The notes below the pieces were generated by a model, which was given only the letters and a program-made list of their open reading frames with translations, was not told the origin of the DNA and searched no databases. DNA of 35,084 bases. Origin: Psammoneis japonica (taxonomy: Eukaryota). Positions 20,301 to 32,300 of this stretch are shown piece after piece. The position numbers were made by a program, and so were the translations under genes. Each line of letters begins with the position of its first letter. Positions within the stretch are counted from its first letter, which is position 1. The stretch spans positions 744,001 to 779,084 of the forward strand of contig QPGO01000022.1 in assembly GCA_008632985.1 (NCBI GenBank), in the 5' to 3' direction.

Positions 20301-23300
20301 TGTCGGACCAACGCCACCACCGACACCCAATCCTACTCCCAGTCAGCCTGATGGAACGCTGAGCCCAACACCGCCACCTCCCCCAGTTGCTGGTCCAACG
20401 CCTCCTCCGACTCTCAGTCCAACTTGTGAGCACGACACCCCAAGTCCGACCCCAGTAGACAAACCTGATGGAACCCCAAGCCCAACATTGCCAGCGCCTA
20501 CACCGACGCCTCCCCCAGTTGTAGGACCGACACCACCAACGCCGAGCCCAACGTTGCCACCACCTACACCGACGCCTCCTCCAGTCGTAGGACCAACGCA
20601 ACCGCCATCACCCAATCCTACTCCCGGTCAGCCTGATGGAACACCGAGTCCAACATCAACGCCTCCCCCTGTTGCTGCACCAACGCCTCCTCCCACCTTT
20701 GATGTACCGGACCAGACTCCTCAACCTACAGTGGAGCCTGTCGAGTGCTATGTTGATGTAAGTGTTCCGTGTGTTAACAATGATCACAACAAACAAATTT
20801 GCTTATTTTGTTTTTTGTCTTCCAATTGTTGTAAGGTCGATTTAAACTGCGTTTCAGTGCAAGATGGGACGCCCTGTAAAGAAATCGAGCCGTCTCCAGG
20901 TCAGGGTGATGAAGGCGGTGACCTCCTTGAGCTGGGGTTCAGGGTGGATGGACGTTTATGCGCAGGAAGCGTCAACTCCCAAGGACCTGATGCCACCTGC
21001 ACGGAAGAAATCTACGGAATGCCTACCGAAGACGGCGATATTCTTTGTACTGGTAGCGGAGGTGAGATTCTTTTCGACGGTACCGTTTCAAGATTCGATA
21101 CCTTCGTTGTAAAGCAAGAGGACGGTAGAGCCCTCCCTGACAGAGTCACCTGTACTCTAGTGAGTACCAATCAGTTGACTTCGCAGCAGGTCTCATTGAA
21201 AACGACAGGAAACTTGGTTGTCGAGGACCAGTTCGGTAGCCTTACTTTGGTCAGCTACAAACACGACGAGAACGACGAGGAACCATCGGATTGCCTCCAA
21301 GAGGTCATGTACAATATGACCATCAGCAATGTTGGACGGATTGATGTGAACGTTACTGTTGCCGAAATCGAAACGAATGGAAACCTGACGGACTTGATCG
21401 ATCGTGTTCCGGACAAGGATTTATCACCTGGCGAGTCCACGAGTGTAACGGAGGTTCAAACTATTGATTTCTGTGTTTCGGGGTCATACAAGGCTGTTGC
21501 TCGTGTCGAAGCAGAGCCTGACGACGGTGACGAATGCGAAGCTACAGACGAGTACGAGTTTGGAACAGGAACTAACACACCCCAGCCAACTCCGAGCCCC
21601 ACGAATCCTACTACTCCGCCCCCAACCGCCCCGGGACCAGACCTCACACCGTCTCCTACAAGTGCCATGCCAACCCCACCTCCAACATTCCCACCGACTC
21701 CTCCTACGCCAACGCCTCCTACGCCAACGCCCCCTACGCCAACGCCCCCTACGCCAACGCCCCCTACGCCAACGCCTCCTCCTGTTGTAGGACCAACGCC
21801 ACCACCGACACTTAACCCAACTCCCGGTCAGCCTGATGGAACCCTAAGCCCAACACCGCCGCCTACCCCCAGTCCAACCTGCGAGCACGACACCCCTAGT
21901 CCAACCCCAATGGACAGGCCTGATCGAACCCCAAGCCCAACGTTGCCACCGTCGATGCCGACGCCTCCTCCCGTTGTAGGACCGACGCCACCAACCCCTA
22001 GCCCAACGTTGCCACCACCTACACCGACGCCTCCTCCAGTCGTAGGACCAACGCAACCGCCATCACCCAATCCTACCCCCGGTCAGCCTGACGGAACACC
22101 GAGTCCAACATCAACGCCTCCCCCTGTTGCTGCACCAACGCCTCCTCCTACCTATGATGTACCGGACCAGACTCCTCAACCTACAGTGGAGCCTGTCGAG
22201 TGCTATGTTGATGTAAGTGTTCCGTGTGTTAACAATGATCACAACAAACAAATTTGCTTATTTTGTTTTTTGTCTTCCAATTGTTGTAAGGTCGATTTAA
22301 AATGCGTTTCAGTGCAAGATGGGACGCCCTGTAAAGAAATCGAGCCGTCTCCAGGTCAGGGTGATGAAGGCGGTGACCTCCTTGAGCTGGGGTTCAGGGT
22401 GGATGGAAGTTTATGCGCAGGAAGCGTCAACTCCCAAGGACCTGATGCCACCTGCACGGAAGAAATCTACGGAATGCCTACCGAAGACGGCGATATTCTT
22501 TGTACTGGTAGCGGAGGTGAGATTCTTTTCGACGGTACCGTTTCAAGATTCGATACCTTCGTTGTAAAGCAAGAGGACGGCAGAGCCCTCCCTGACAGAG
22601 TCACCTGTACTCTAGTGAGTACCAATCAGTTAACGTCGCAGCAGGTCTCATTGAAAACGACAGGAAACTTGGTTGTCGAGGACCAGTTCGGTAGCCTTAC
22701 TTTGGTCAGCTACAAACACGACGAGAACGACGAGGAACCGTCGGATTGCCTCCAAGAGGTCATGTACAATATGACCATCAGCAATGTTGGACGGATTGAT
22801 GTGAACGTGACTGTTGCCGAAATCGAAACGAATGGAAACCTGACGGACTTGATCGATCGTGTTCCGGACAAGGATTTGTCACCTGGCGAGTCCACGAGTG
22901 TAACGGAGGTTCAAACTATTGATTTCTGCAACTCAGCGTCGTACCTGGTTGTTGCTCGCGTCGAAGCTGAGCCAGACGATGGTGACAATTGCGAAGCTAC
23001 CGACGAGTACGAGTTTGGAACAGGAACTAACACACCCCAGCCAACTCCGAGCCCCACGAATCCTACTACTCCGCCCCCAACCGCCCCGGGACCAGACCTC
23101 ACACCGTCTCCTACTAGTGCCATGCCAACCCCACCTCCAACATTCCCACCGACTCCTCCTACGCCAACGCCCCCTACGCCAACGCCCCCTACGCCAACGC
23201 CCCCTACGCCAACGCCTCCTCCTGTTGTAGGACCAACGCCACCACCGACACTTAACCCAACTCCCGGTCAGCCTGATGGAACCCTAAGCCCAACACCGCC

Positions 23301-26300
23301 GCCTACCCCCAGTCCAACCTGCGAGCACGACACCCCTAGTCCAACCCCAGTGGACAGGCCTGATCGAACCCCGAGCCCAACGTTGCCACCGTCGATGCCG
23401 ACGCCTCCTCCCGTTGTAGGACCGACGCCACCAACCCCTAGCCCAACGTTGCCACCACCTACGCCGACACCTCCTCCAGTTGCAGGACCATCTCCACCAC
23501 CCACAGCTAATCCTACTCCCGGTCAGCCTGATGCAACTCCCAGCCCTACATTGCCACCCACTCCAGAACCAACTCCCGCTGACTGTTTGGTTGATGTAAG
23601 GGTTTCAAGCTGTTGACGGATCTTTGCTTGTCGCGGTACTGTTTTTCTTACATATTTCTTCTTTCTGCTATCACACAGGCGGAGATTGATTGTAGATCAG
23701 CGGAAACCGGCGTTTCATGCAACGAAATACCGCAACCGGAAGCAAAAGTTGATGTGGTTGACTTCTCCTCCATGACCTTCAAGTACGAGCCGCGCTCTTG
23801 TGACGATAGCAATAATTCGCAGGGTGGATACGAGTTTTCGACGTGTACCGATAATGGAGTGGCTCCAAGTCCTGGTCCCGCTACGATTTGGTGTCGGGAC
23901 ACTGACACTGGAACTTCTTTATTCATCGAAACAGTCAAGGAAGGCGAAACATTTGTTGTGGTAAGCGCAGACGGTGGAAATCTCCCCCCTTCCATGAGTT
24001 TTACCATCATGGGAAGTGGCGCAGATCCGCAAGTTGTAACTTTTGATAAGGGTTCAAACCCCGAGTTCATCAGTCTTTATTTGAAGGATGAATTTGGCAG
24101 TCTTACTTTGGAGGGTTACTCCAACGCTTTGACATCAGTTTCTTGCCTGGAGAGTATCATCTACACTTACTCTATCGATAACATTGGGCCCGTTGATGTA
24201 ACAATCATTGTAGCAGAGCACGAGTACAATGGAGTGTCTACAGACCTAATGGATCAGGTGCCAGACGAGTTTCTCTCTCCCGGTCAAAGTACAACGTTTT
24301 CTGACCTTTCAGAAATCAATGTTTGTGAAGCCGCCCTTCATCGATCTGTTTTATCAGTTGGAGCTGTTTCATCCGATAATGAAGTCTGCTCCGATCAAGA
24401 TTATTTCCAGTTTACGACTTCATCGCTGCCCAACATACCTTCGACGCCGTTCCCAACACCACCGCCCAGTTTGTCACCGACGCCGGCTCCAACCCCATCC
24501 ACGCCAGAGCCAACACCGGCTCCCACCCAGGCACCAACAGAGACTGATATGGATATAACACCGGCTCCCACCTCCACGTGCATCATTGAGGTAAGTTCAA
24601 TTGCAACCTGTTCGAAATTTTATGGATGTCACCAGTACAGCACGGGCCGCTCACACCAGTAACGATTCTTTTGCTGTCGCAAAATTATAGACGGATATCT
24701 TGTGCTTCTCTGCAAATGGTGTGCCATGCCAAGACATCTCGCAGCCTCAACCGGTGTGCACTTCTCCGACTGTGCTACATTTCAAGTACGAGAGACACCC
24801 TTGTGGTGGAAGCATCAACTGTCAGAGTGATTCATTCCAATGTACCGAGAACACGCGTGACTACGTACCGGATGATAACCACTACCACGGAAAGGGTGGA
24901 TCAGATAATGGCTCTACTGGACCCGGCGCAGGAAAAGGAAGGGAAGGTGGATCAACCGGCGACCTCCCTCGATCTGATCTAGGAAAAGGAGGATCAACTG
25001 GTACCTCTTCTCAACCCGATGTAGGTAAAGGAGGGAAAGGCGGATCAACTGGAGACCTCCCTCGAAATTATCAAGGAAAAGGAGGGAAAGGCGGATCAAC
25101 CGGCGACAACCCCAAGTCTTATGCAGGGAAAGGCGGGAAAGGAGGATCGACCGGCGACATCCTCAAGACTGCTACAGGGAAAGGAGGGAAAAAAGGAAAG
25201 AAAGGCGGCGACACCGGCGACAAGAATCAAGCCGAGGCGAAGGCGAAGGGAGGAAAGAAAGGTGATGGCAGGCGTGGAAGAGTCCTTCATGCCATTCGAG
25301 AAGATGACGACTACGATGTTGTGAGCATCGTGTGTATTGACAGCAGCCACAACGTCGTTGCCGATCTCCAAGGTGTATATGATGGGTACAAGTTCTCTGT
25401 CGAACTTGGTGATTCGCAACAGGATCTGCTGGTTTGCTCAATACAAGACCCCGGCGCACAGTCATCCCAGGTGGTCACGATTGACACGTCCAATACAGCG
25501 ACCTTCCATCTCAATGACAGATTCGGCAGTCTGTTGTTAGACGGATGTACTACCAATGGAGATGTCCTTAATCAGTGCAACCACGACGTTGTGTACTCCT
25601 TTTCAATCAGGAATGTTGGAAACTCGGACGTCACCCTTACTGCTGCAGAGGTCGAGTACAACGGTGCAACAACAGACCTACTTGCCGAAGATAAGATCAA
25701 CACGGATCTCATTCCTGGCGAATCGACGAGTTATCTACACCAGGATAGTATTGACGTTTGTGTTGCCGACACACATACCACCATTATGCGAGTTAGAGGA
25801 GAGCCCGATGATGGGAACATGTGTGAGGACGTTGACATTTTCATATTCAGTACGAATGATCTTCCGACGCCTCCTTGTCCCACTGCACCACCGAAGGTGT
25901 CACCCCAGCCAACCCTGGCACCTCTTACGAATGCACCGACTCCCGGTACGGCTCCTACTTTAAGGCCAACTCCCGGAACACCTGATCTCACCCCAGGCCC
26001 TACACCGGGAACACCTGATCTTACCCCAAGTCCTACACCCGGAAGCTCTGATCTTACCCCAAGTCCTACACCTGGAACGCCTGACATCGGTGAAACACCT
26101 AGCCCAACATCTGCCCCACCTTGCGACGTCTCTCTCGAGATTTCCTGTACCGACGACAGGGACAATACCACGAACTGCCAAGACGTTTCTGCTGTCTCTA
26201 TTTGTCAAGAGACTCCCACCGAAATTGTACTACGCTTCAATGGTGGCATGTGCAGTCAAAGCTTTCATACCCAACCACTCGGGGTATTCCAATGCGCCGA

Positions 26301-27243
26301 CGCCAACGGTGGACCGAGTACCACAGCGGCTTCGTACATGAGGATCACAGATTCAACTGGGGTCGGCATTGTCTACTTTGAAGGTCCCATCTCACCGGGT
26401 GAACTGGTAACGGTTTCTGGCGATGGCTTTGCTGTAGCTTCAGACATTGCAATATCAATTTCTGCTGGGACTGCACCTGGTGGCGTGCAACTGCAGACCG
26501 TTGGCTTTCATACAGGCTGTATCGATTATATGATGTTCTCTTGGGACACCTACGGGTCTACCGAGATTGTTGGCTGGACGAACGAAAGACAAGGAAAAGT
26601 GACAACCCTGCTTGATGCTACCTACAACTACAGGATCCAAAACAATGCTACAAATAGCAACGTCGTCCTTGAATCCCTGGAAAGTACGACAAATGGTGTG
26701 TCAACCGACCTCACCGAGCAAGTGTATGGTCTAATTCTTGGTCCTGGCGGTAGCTTTATTGCAAGGCAACGCGTACAAATTGACCTCACGGAACGGAGAG
26801 AATACACGACCACAGCCGTTGTTACTGCGTTCGTCCCATTGGGGCCAATCTGCGCTGCTACGGATACATTGATCTTTGAGGTTGGAGTCGACCAGCCTGA
26901 CCCAACCTTGCCACCGAAAGTAACCCCTTCTCCCACACCGGGCATACCTGACAAAACCAAGTCTCCCACTTTGCCACCGACTCCATCTCCAACGCCAGGC
27001 ACCCCGGATAAAACTCCATCTCCAACACCAGGCACCCCGGACAAAACTCCATCTCCAACGCCGGGTACCCCCGACAAAACACCATCTCCTACGCCAGGCA
27101 CCCCGGACAAAACTCCATCTCCAACACCAGGCACTCCTGATAAAACTCCATCTCCAACGCTTGGTACCCCCGACAAAACACCATCTCCTACGCCAGGCGC
27201 CCCTGATATGTCCTACAAGTACGACTACTCACCCTGGTGGTAA
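17370..27243 (+). CDS. Giant (~3,130 aa) secreted modular Pro/Thr-rich protein with 7 Cys-rich domains (mucin/adhesin or cell-wall-like); exons 17370-18107, 18179-19182, 19259-20757, 20836-22212, 22291-23595, 23679-24590, 24691-27243
   Basis: Signal peptide [19 protein letters not shown]. Six phase-0 GT-AG introns (71, 76, 78, 78, 83, 100 nt) join the ORF-track fragments. The repeated domain is C..F.....C..S.NSQ...C…LKD.FGSLTL…Y..TI.N.G..DV…LSPGES…C…D.Y.F, separated by PT/PS-rich linkers. Two poly-C frameshifts (19017-19025, 20291-20297) are each repaired by +1 C. The domain may correspond to a diatom-enriched DUF (recalled as DUF7467, unverified). Confidence 0.85.
20506..23480 (+). repeat. 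Near-identical intragenic tandem duplication, ~1,455-bp unit (domain + linker + intron)
   Basis: The intron donors at 20758 and 22213 are 1,455 bp apart and the 78-nt introns are identical. The second copy has one fewer 15-bp PTPTP unit. Confidence 0.93.
26980..27210 (+). repeat. Coding minisatellite, 7 x 33 bp ([11 protein letters not shown])
   Basis: Direct reading of the repeat before the C-terminal [10 protein letters not shown]. Confidence 0.9.
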
Positions 27244-27642
27244 CTACCGTACTACTCTCCTCCTGGAAGCCCTGCTCCTCTCTGTGCATTAAATGACGGA
27301 ATGCGGGGATGGTTGATGTATCTGGGTCACCATTTTTTGGTGCCGTAGACTACTTTCTCAGCCTGTTGTCCCCTAGTCAGACATCTGTCTATATTTTTAA
27401 TGCGAGTGCATGCAACACTCTGTCGAGGGAGCTGTGATGCGGGCAAACGTTTCTTTTGTGTACTGTCAGACCGACTTCAAACACGATGTAAGATCGATAG
27501 GGCCTATGTACAGTTTTGTAATACAAACTAAAAACAGACATAACCTAAAAACACGTACAACGTAGGGCCCTACCGTACAACAGTATGATGTGCAGTAGTA
27601 CCTATCTCTACTACGGTAGTCCTAGGTTGCGAGGCAACGATT

Positions 27643-29121
27643 TCAAAAGACCTCAGATTTCAATCGATTATGAATAGCCTCGACGTCCAACGACGGATCA
27701 ACATACTTTTGTGATCCATCGCCGTTGCAATTCTTTCCATCCTCATCGCAGGGAAAGTTGTCCAACGTAAAGGCACCTGGAGTCGCCCAAGCAACTTCGG
27801 ATTCGATTCCTAAAAGATTAAAACCCAATGCGAGTCTCATGTATCCCATCTCTTCCGGAAAATAGAGCAGAAAGCGAGATAAGAAATCGAATACAAACAG
27901 CAATACTCGTCCCATGCATGCAACATGAAAATATGCTCACCACCCCAATATTGACCCCAGCTGTTTCTGATTATCCAATGCTGCTTTCCGTCTTCCACCC
28001 CCCAACCTACAATCGACACGATATGGTTCGTACTCTGGGAATGCGATTTGTCCTCAAAGACGCCACCGCGGTAACCAACAATAGGTTCGGCGTTGATAAC
28101 CGCCGCAACAGGTCCCCGTGCATAGATCTCAGCCTTGATTGCATCGACATCGTATTCAATCAGCCCGTACTCAGCAACCGTTGCGTTGGGGAAATAATCA
28201 ATCTGAAAACCCATTGGAACGCAACAACACATAACGATGACTGAGAAAAGAGCGAAGTGACCAACACATCTTGACGTCCAACACAGAACTCACCTCCGTG
28301 CACGCTCCGCCCATCCCTGCAAACGTATCACAAGTGCGACAGGTATTCACGGCCGAGCACGTGGTATCCACCTCAGAACAGAATCCCTCTGTAGACTCCT
28401 AAAGCAAAAGGAAGTGGCAGTTCTCAGTTGTCAGCAAAAAGTCGCAACTGAAGGACTACCAACGGACAAGAACGACGCTTACCGACGAGCACGCCATGTA
28501 GGGCATGCATGTGTCGTAAGGAATATAGCCTGTGCTCTTGATGAATTCGTAGACTCCTGTGTGATATCCTCCGTGACAGCTGCCGGCAACTTCTCCACCA
28601 CAATTCAAAACGTGCTGAATCGACAAGTTAATGTCTTCGCCTGCTCCCTTCCTCGCAATCTTGATGCGATCTGCCAAGCTGCTCACGGCACCATGAGCCC
28701 AACAACTACCACAATACTGCAGACGAGAAAAAGCGAGTCAGTCGTGCGGAAAAGCACACACGTACTTCACGAGAGAAACTTGCTGCCAACAAAGATTCTC
28801 ACCTGAGGCAAGTGCTGGTTTAAGCTGCGCGTTAGATATGAGGTTTCATTTACATTGCCCCAAGTAAACGCCGAGGGGAGCGACACAGGATCAATGTACG
28901 TGTGCGGCAAGTCATGGTGGTAGTCGTTGAGAACGGTGTGTCCCTCCATGCGCTACCGGTACAAAGGTACAAAAGAATCACGAGTCACAGGATGAGGGAT
29001 GAGGTAAGAAAACACAAGTAACCGTCACGCAATCAACGCACATTCTTACCTTGATCTCATTCATCCTCTCGCCGTAAGACCCTCCAAGGACGGCTAATAA
29101 CGAAACAAACTGCAGCTTCAT
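27643..29121 (-). CDS. CTSZ: Cathepsin Z/X-like papain-family (C1A) cysteine peptidase, ~343 aa; exons 29121-29050, 28952-28803, 28716-28483, 28398-28294, 28202-27941, 27851-27643
   Basis: Signal peptide and a short propeptide. Spliced [29 protein letters not shown] gives the cathepsin Z HIP-type mini-loop plus the catalytic Cys. NHIVSIVGWG carries the His and WIIRNSWGQYWGEMGY the Asn. All five introns are GT-AG and frame-consistent. Confidence 0.93.
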
Positions 29122-29399
29122 GGTGTTGATCGGGCACTCACTGAGCGAATCGGAATTTGCGACTTGTGAAATGAGATGTCGCTGTGTTGTGTGTTGCGTG
29201 TTGGCGGTTGGCGGCATCTTCATCGTGCGTCGTGCGTCGTGCGTTGAGCGTTGAGAATAATGTTTCCGGGTTTCTTGAATTCGGATACGTAGAATCGTTA
29301 TCAGATTTTTACATACGAAGTACCCAGTACTGTGTTACGACAGTTGGCGCGGGAATGCAAAACTCGAAGATGCTGGCCCGCAGTTGAGGCCTGAGGCCA

Positions 29400-32300
29400 G
29401 GGTACCGGCAGGTGCATTGCAGCTTCGTTCAAGGCACAACATGCTGGGTGCTGCTCTGATGTGATGTGCAAAACAACAACAACCACAAACAATGAATCGT
29501 GTCCCATGAGGACAAGCAACCACCACCTCTGGCCCCCTCAACAATGTGCTCAAAAGAAACCATCACTGGAAAACTGCACCTCCATTGAGCTGGCGGGCAA
29601 TGGGAGTGCAGAGGTGTGTTGCCAATGAGAGAGCAAGAAACCAGTCCCCACCACCACCGCCATGCCACACACAATCACCCCACAAAATAAACTCTTGTGG
29701 CCCAATTTGCGCTTTTGTCTTGAAGACCCAAAGAGCTCCCCCCTCTTTTCCAAATGTTGACAATCTTTTTTCAGGCTGCTGCTCACATGTGCTGGCGCAA
29801 CCTGTGCTGAAGGTGGTCTGCTGGCACGGGCATTGCCTGCCTGCCCCTGTCACCATCTCTGTGCATGGGATGTGGCAGAGCTGTGGTCATGCTTGGGTGG
29901 GTTGACTGGCAGACTCTGTGCCATCAAAACCCTGACAACAACGGCTTCTTGTGGATTGGCTCCTCATGGGGACCACCAGCATGTCAGGTCATTGTTTCCA
30001 GGTTGCTTTCTTTGGAAGGCATTGTGTGGTGTGATGTGCTGGTCAGCAAGCAAAGTCATTTTGAAGCCAGGCTGTCAACAACAATTCAAGAAAAGAGCCA
30101 GCTTTCAAGAAGTGTTTCGTGACAAGCAACAAAAAGCATGACCAAATTTCAACATGTTGCACACACTCAAAAACTGCAGATTGATGCAGCAGACAAGCTT
30201 TTGACAAAGTGAGCAGAGTCCATGACCCATGGTGGTTGTCCCTTTTTCTTGGTGACAGCCCCAGATCATGGCGCCAATGTGCCACACGTTTGTGTGGTGT
30301 CATCCAAGAGGCTCCCTCTCAGGCCTGTGGAGCCTTTTCTGTGGTCGCAAGCAAGTGTGACATTTTGCTCAAAGCTTCCAGCAAGTGTGCTGCATTTCAT
30401 TGCTTGCACATTTTGAGTTGCCTTGCACATTGGCAGTCTTCCTGTTGTGTCCACACTGCTTTTTGATCATGCCAATGAGCTCAAAGGCCATGAAGAACCA
30501 CCACCCAGTGTTGAGTCTGTTTGTGCCATGCACCTTCTTTCTTTTCTGAGTTTGCTGGGCTTCTCCAACAACTGTGCAGTTGGAAAATGCTCACATTCAG
30601 GATGTGCAGCAACCTGCACTTTGCATGGATCCTCACAATGATGTTCTCTGCCCTGTGCCTCCAGGTTTTCAAGAAAGTCCTCAATGGCAAAGAATCCTCC
30701 AATGAGAGTCAATGTCATGAATCATCTGGTGTTGAGTCTGTTTGTGCTGTGCACCCCTCACCCCTCATCTGAGTTTCTGTGGCTTCTGCCCTGTGCCTCC
30801 AGGTTTTCCAGAAAATCCTCAACAGCAAAGAATCCTCCAATGAGAATCCAAGCCATGAGCCATCCAGTGTTGAGTCTGTTTGTGCTCTGCAACCCTCTCC
30901 CTTGTCTGAGTTTTTGTGCTTCTCCAACAGCCTTGCAATGAGGAAACATGCTCACATTGGCAGCACCTTGCGACTGCACCATTCCTTGCAATGACAATCT
31001 GCTCCAGCTTTTCAAGGAAATCCTCAATGGTGGATCCTCCTCATGTTGCAGCTGCCACACTTCACAAAGCTGGTGGCAGTGTGCAAATTTTTTTTTCAGC
31101 TCCAAAAGTGGCTGTTGGCTTGCAATGACAGAGCAGCTGCATTGAAAGCAGTTGCTGCAAAAGAGCAAGCACAGTTGTGATGGTGCAACAACTCAGAGTC
31201 ACCTGCCTTGGTCGATGGGTTTCACACCAGAAAAAATCCTCACACCAGATCTGGCATGTTCTCTTGTCAGTGGTTGCCAGCTCTTTCTTGTCAAACCTTC
31301 CTTCAGGGTGCCAGAGTCAGGTGCACTTGTTTGACAAGAATTTGCTCTCTCCCCATTGCTGCTGCAGCACAACAGGTTTTCTGGCTTCCAAGATGATGTG
31401 GTGCAGTGGACAGCTGGCTGGCAGCCAAATGATGGACAAGGGGTTGCACCCCTGGGCCACAGTGTTGTCACCTGCAGAATGGCAAATGTTTCCTTGTATT
31501 TTGAGTGTGGCTGAGTTCGCCCATCACATCACACACTTTGTTTTTGTTCTTGGGACATTCAGCATTTGATGCCTGCCATGCTGATCCCTGACATTGTGCA
31601 GCAAATCCTTCTCTTTGACAATGAAAAACTCAAAGCAAAGGAAACAGCAGTTCATCAGGCCCACTTGGTCCTTGAATCCATCTGGCAAGAAGTCACCACA
31701 GTTCACAGCTCTGCCTGTTGCTCATCTTGCTCCACTCCAGAGTGCCCCAGCTTTGCTGTCATCGTGAAGCCTTGCATGTTTCAGGAAATGAGATGCAATG
31801 CCTTGCACCATTGCACCATGGTTGCAGGCAGCAATGTTTTTTCTTTGCCCATTGTTGCAAAGAATGCAAACTTTGGCATGCTGTCACTTGGTGAATCTAG
31901 CTTCTTCGGCTGTTTTTCAGCTCATGAGTGCACAGTTTCAACTTGAACAAAACATGTGCAACATTGCAATTGTGAGATTCTGGATGAAGGCATGTGTCAG
32001 GTCATGTTTCCACACTGAATCTGTTGCTGAAGAGAAATTGCAGGACATGTGGGCTGCATTCTTGCACTCTAGAGGCACGTCATCCAGCCAAAAATGCTCT
32101 GCACCCACATGAGAAAAAGATGTGAGCTGTCTTTGAATCTCCCAATCTGGAAGTCCACTTTTCTTGCAAGCTGACACCATTGTTGCCCCAGGTGCCATTG
32201 TCAGCACTCACAGCCTCTGAACTCACAGGGTGTTTGACTTTGACCCAGTCTTTCCAGGCCAACATGTTGCCAGCAATTTTGTTTGGACATGCTCTTGCAG

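Noticed and set aside
17615..27176. Gly/Val-rich minus-strand ORFs
   Set aside because: Antisense shadows of the Pro/Thr-rich coding repeats.
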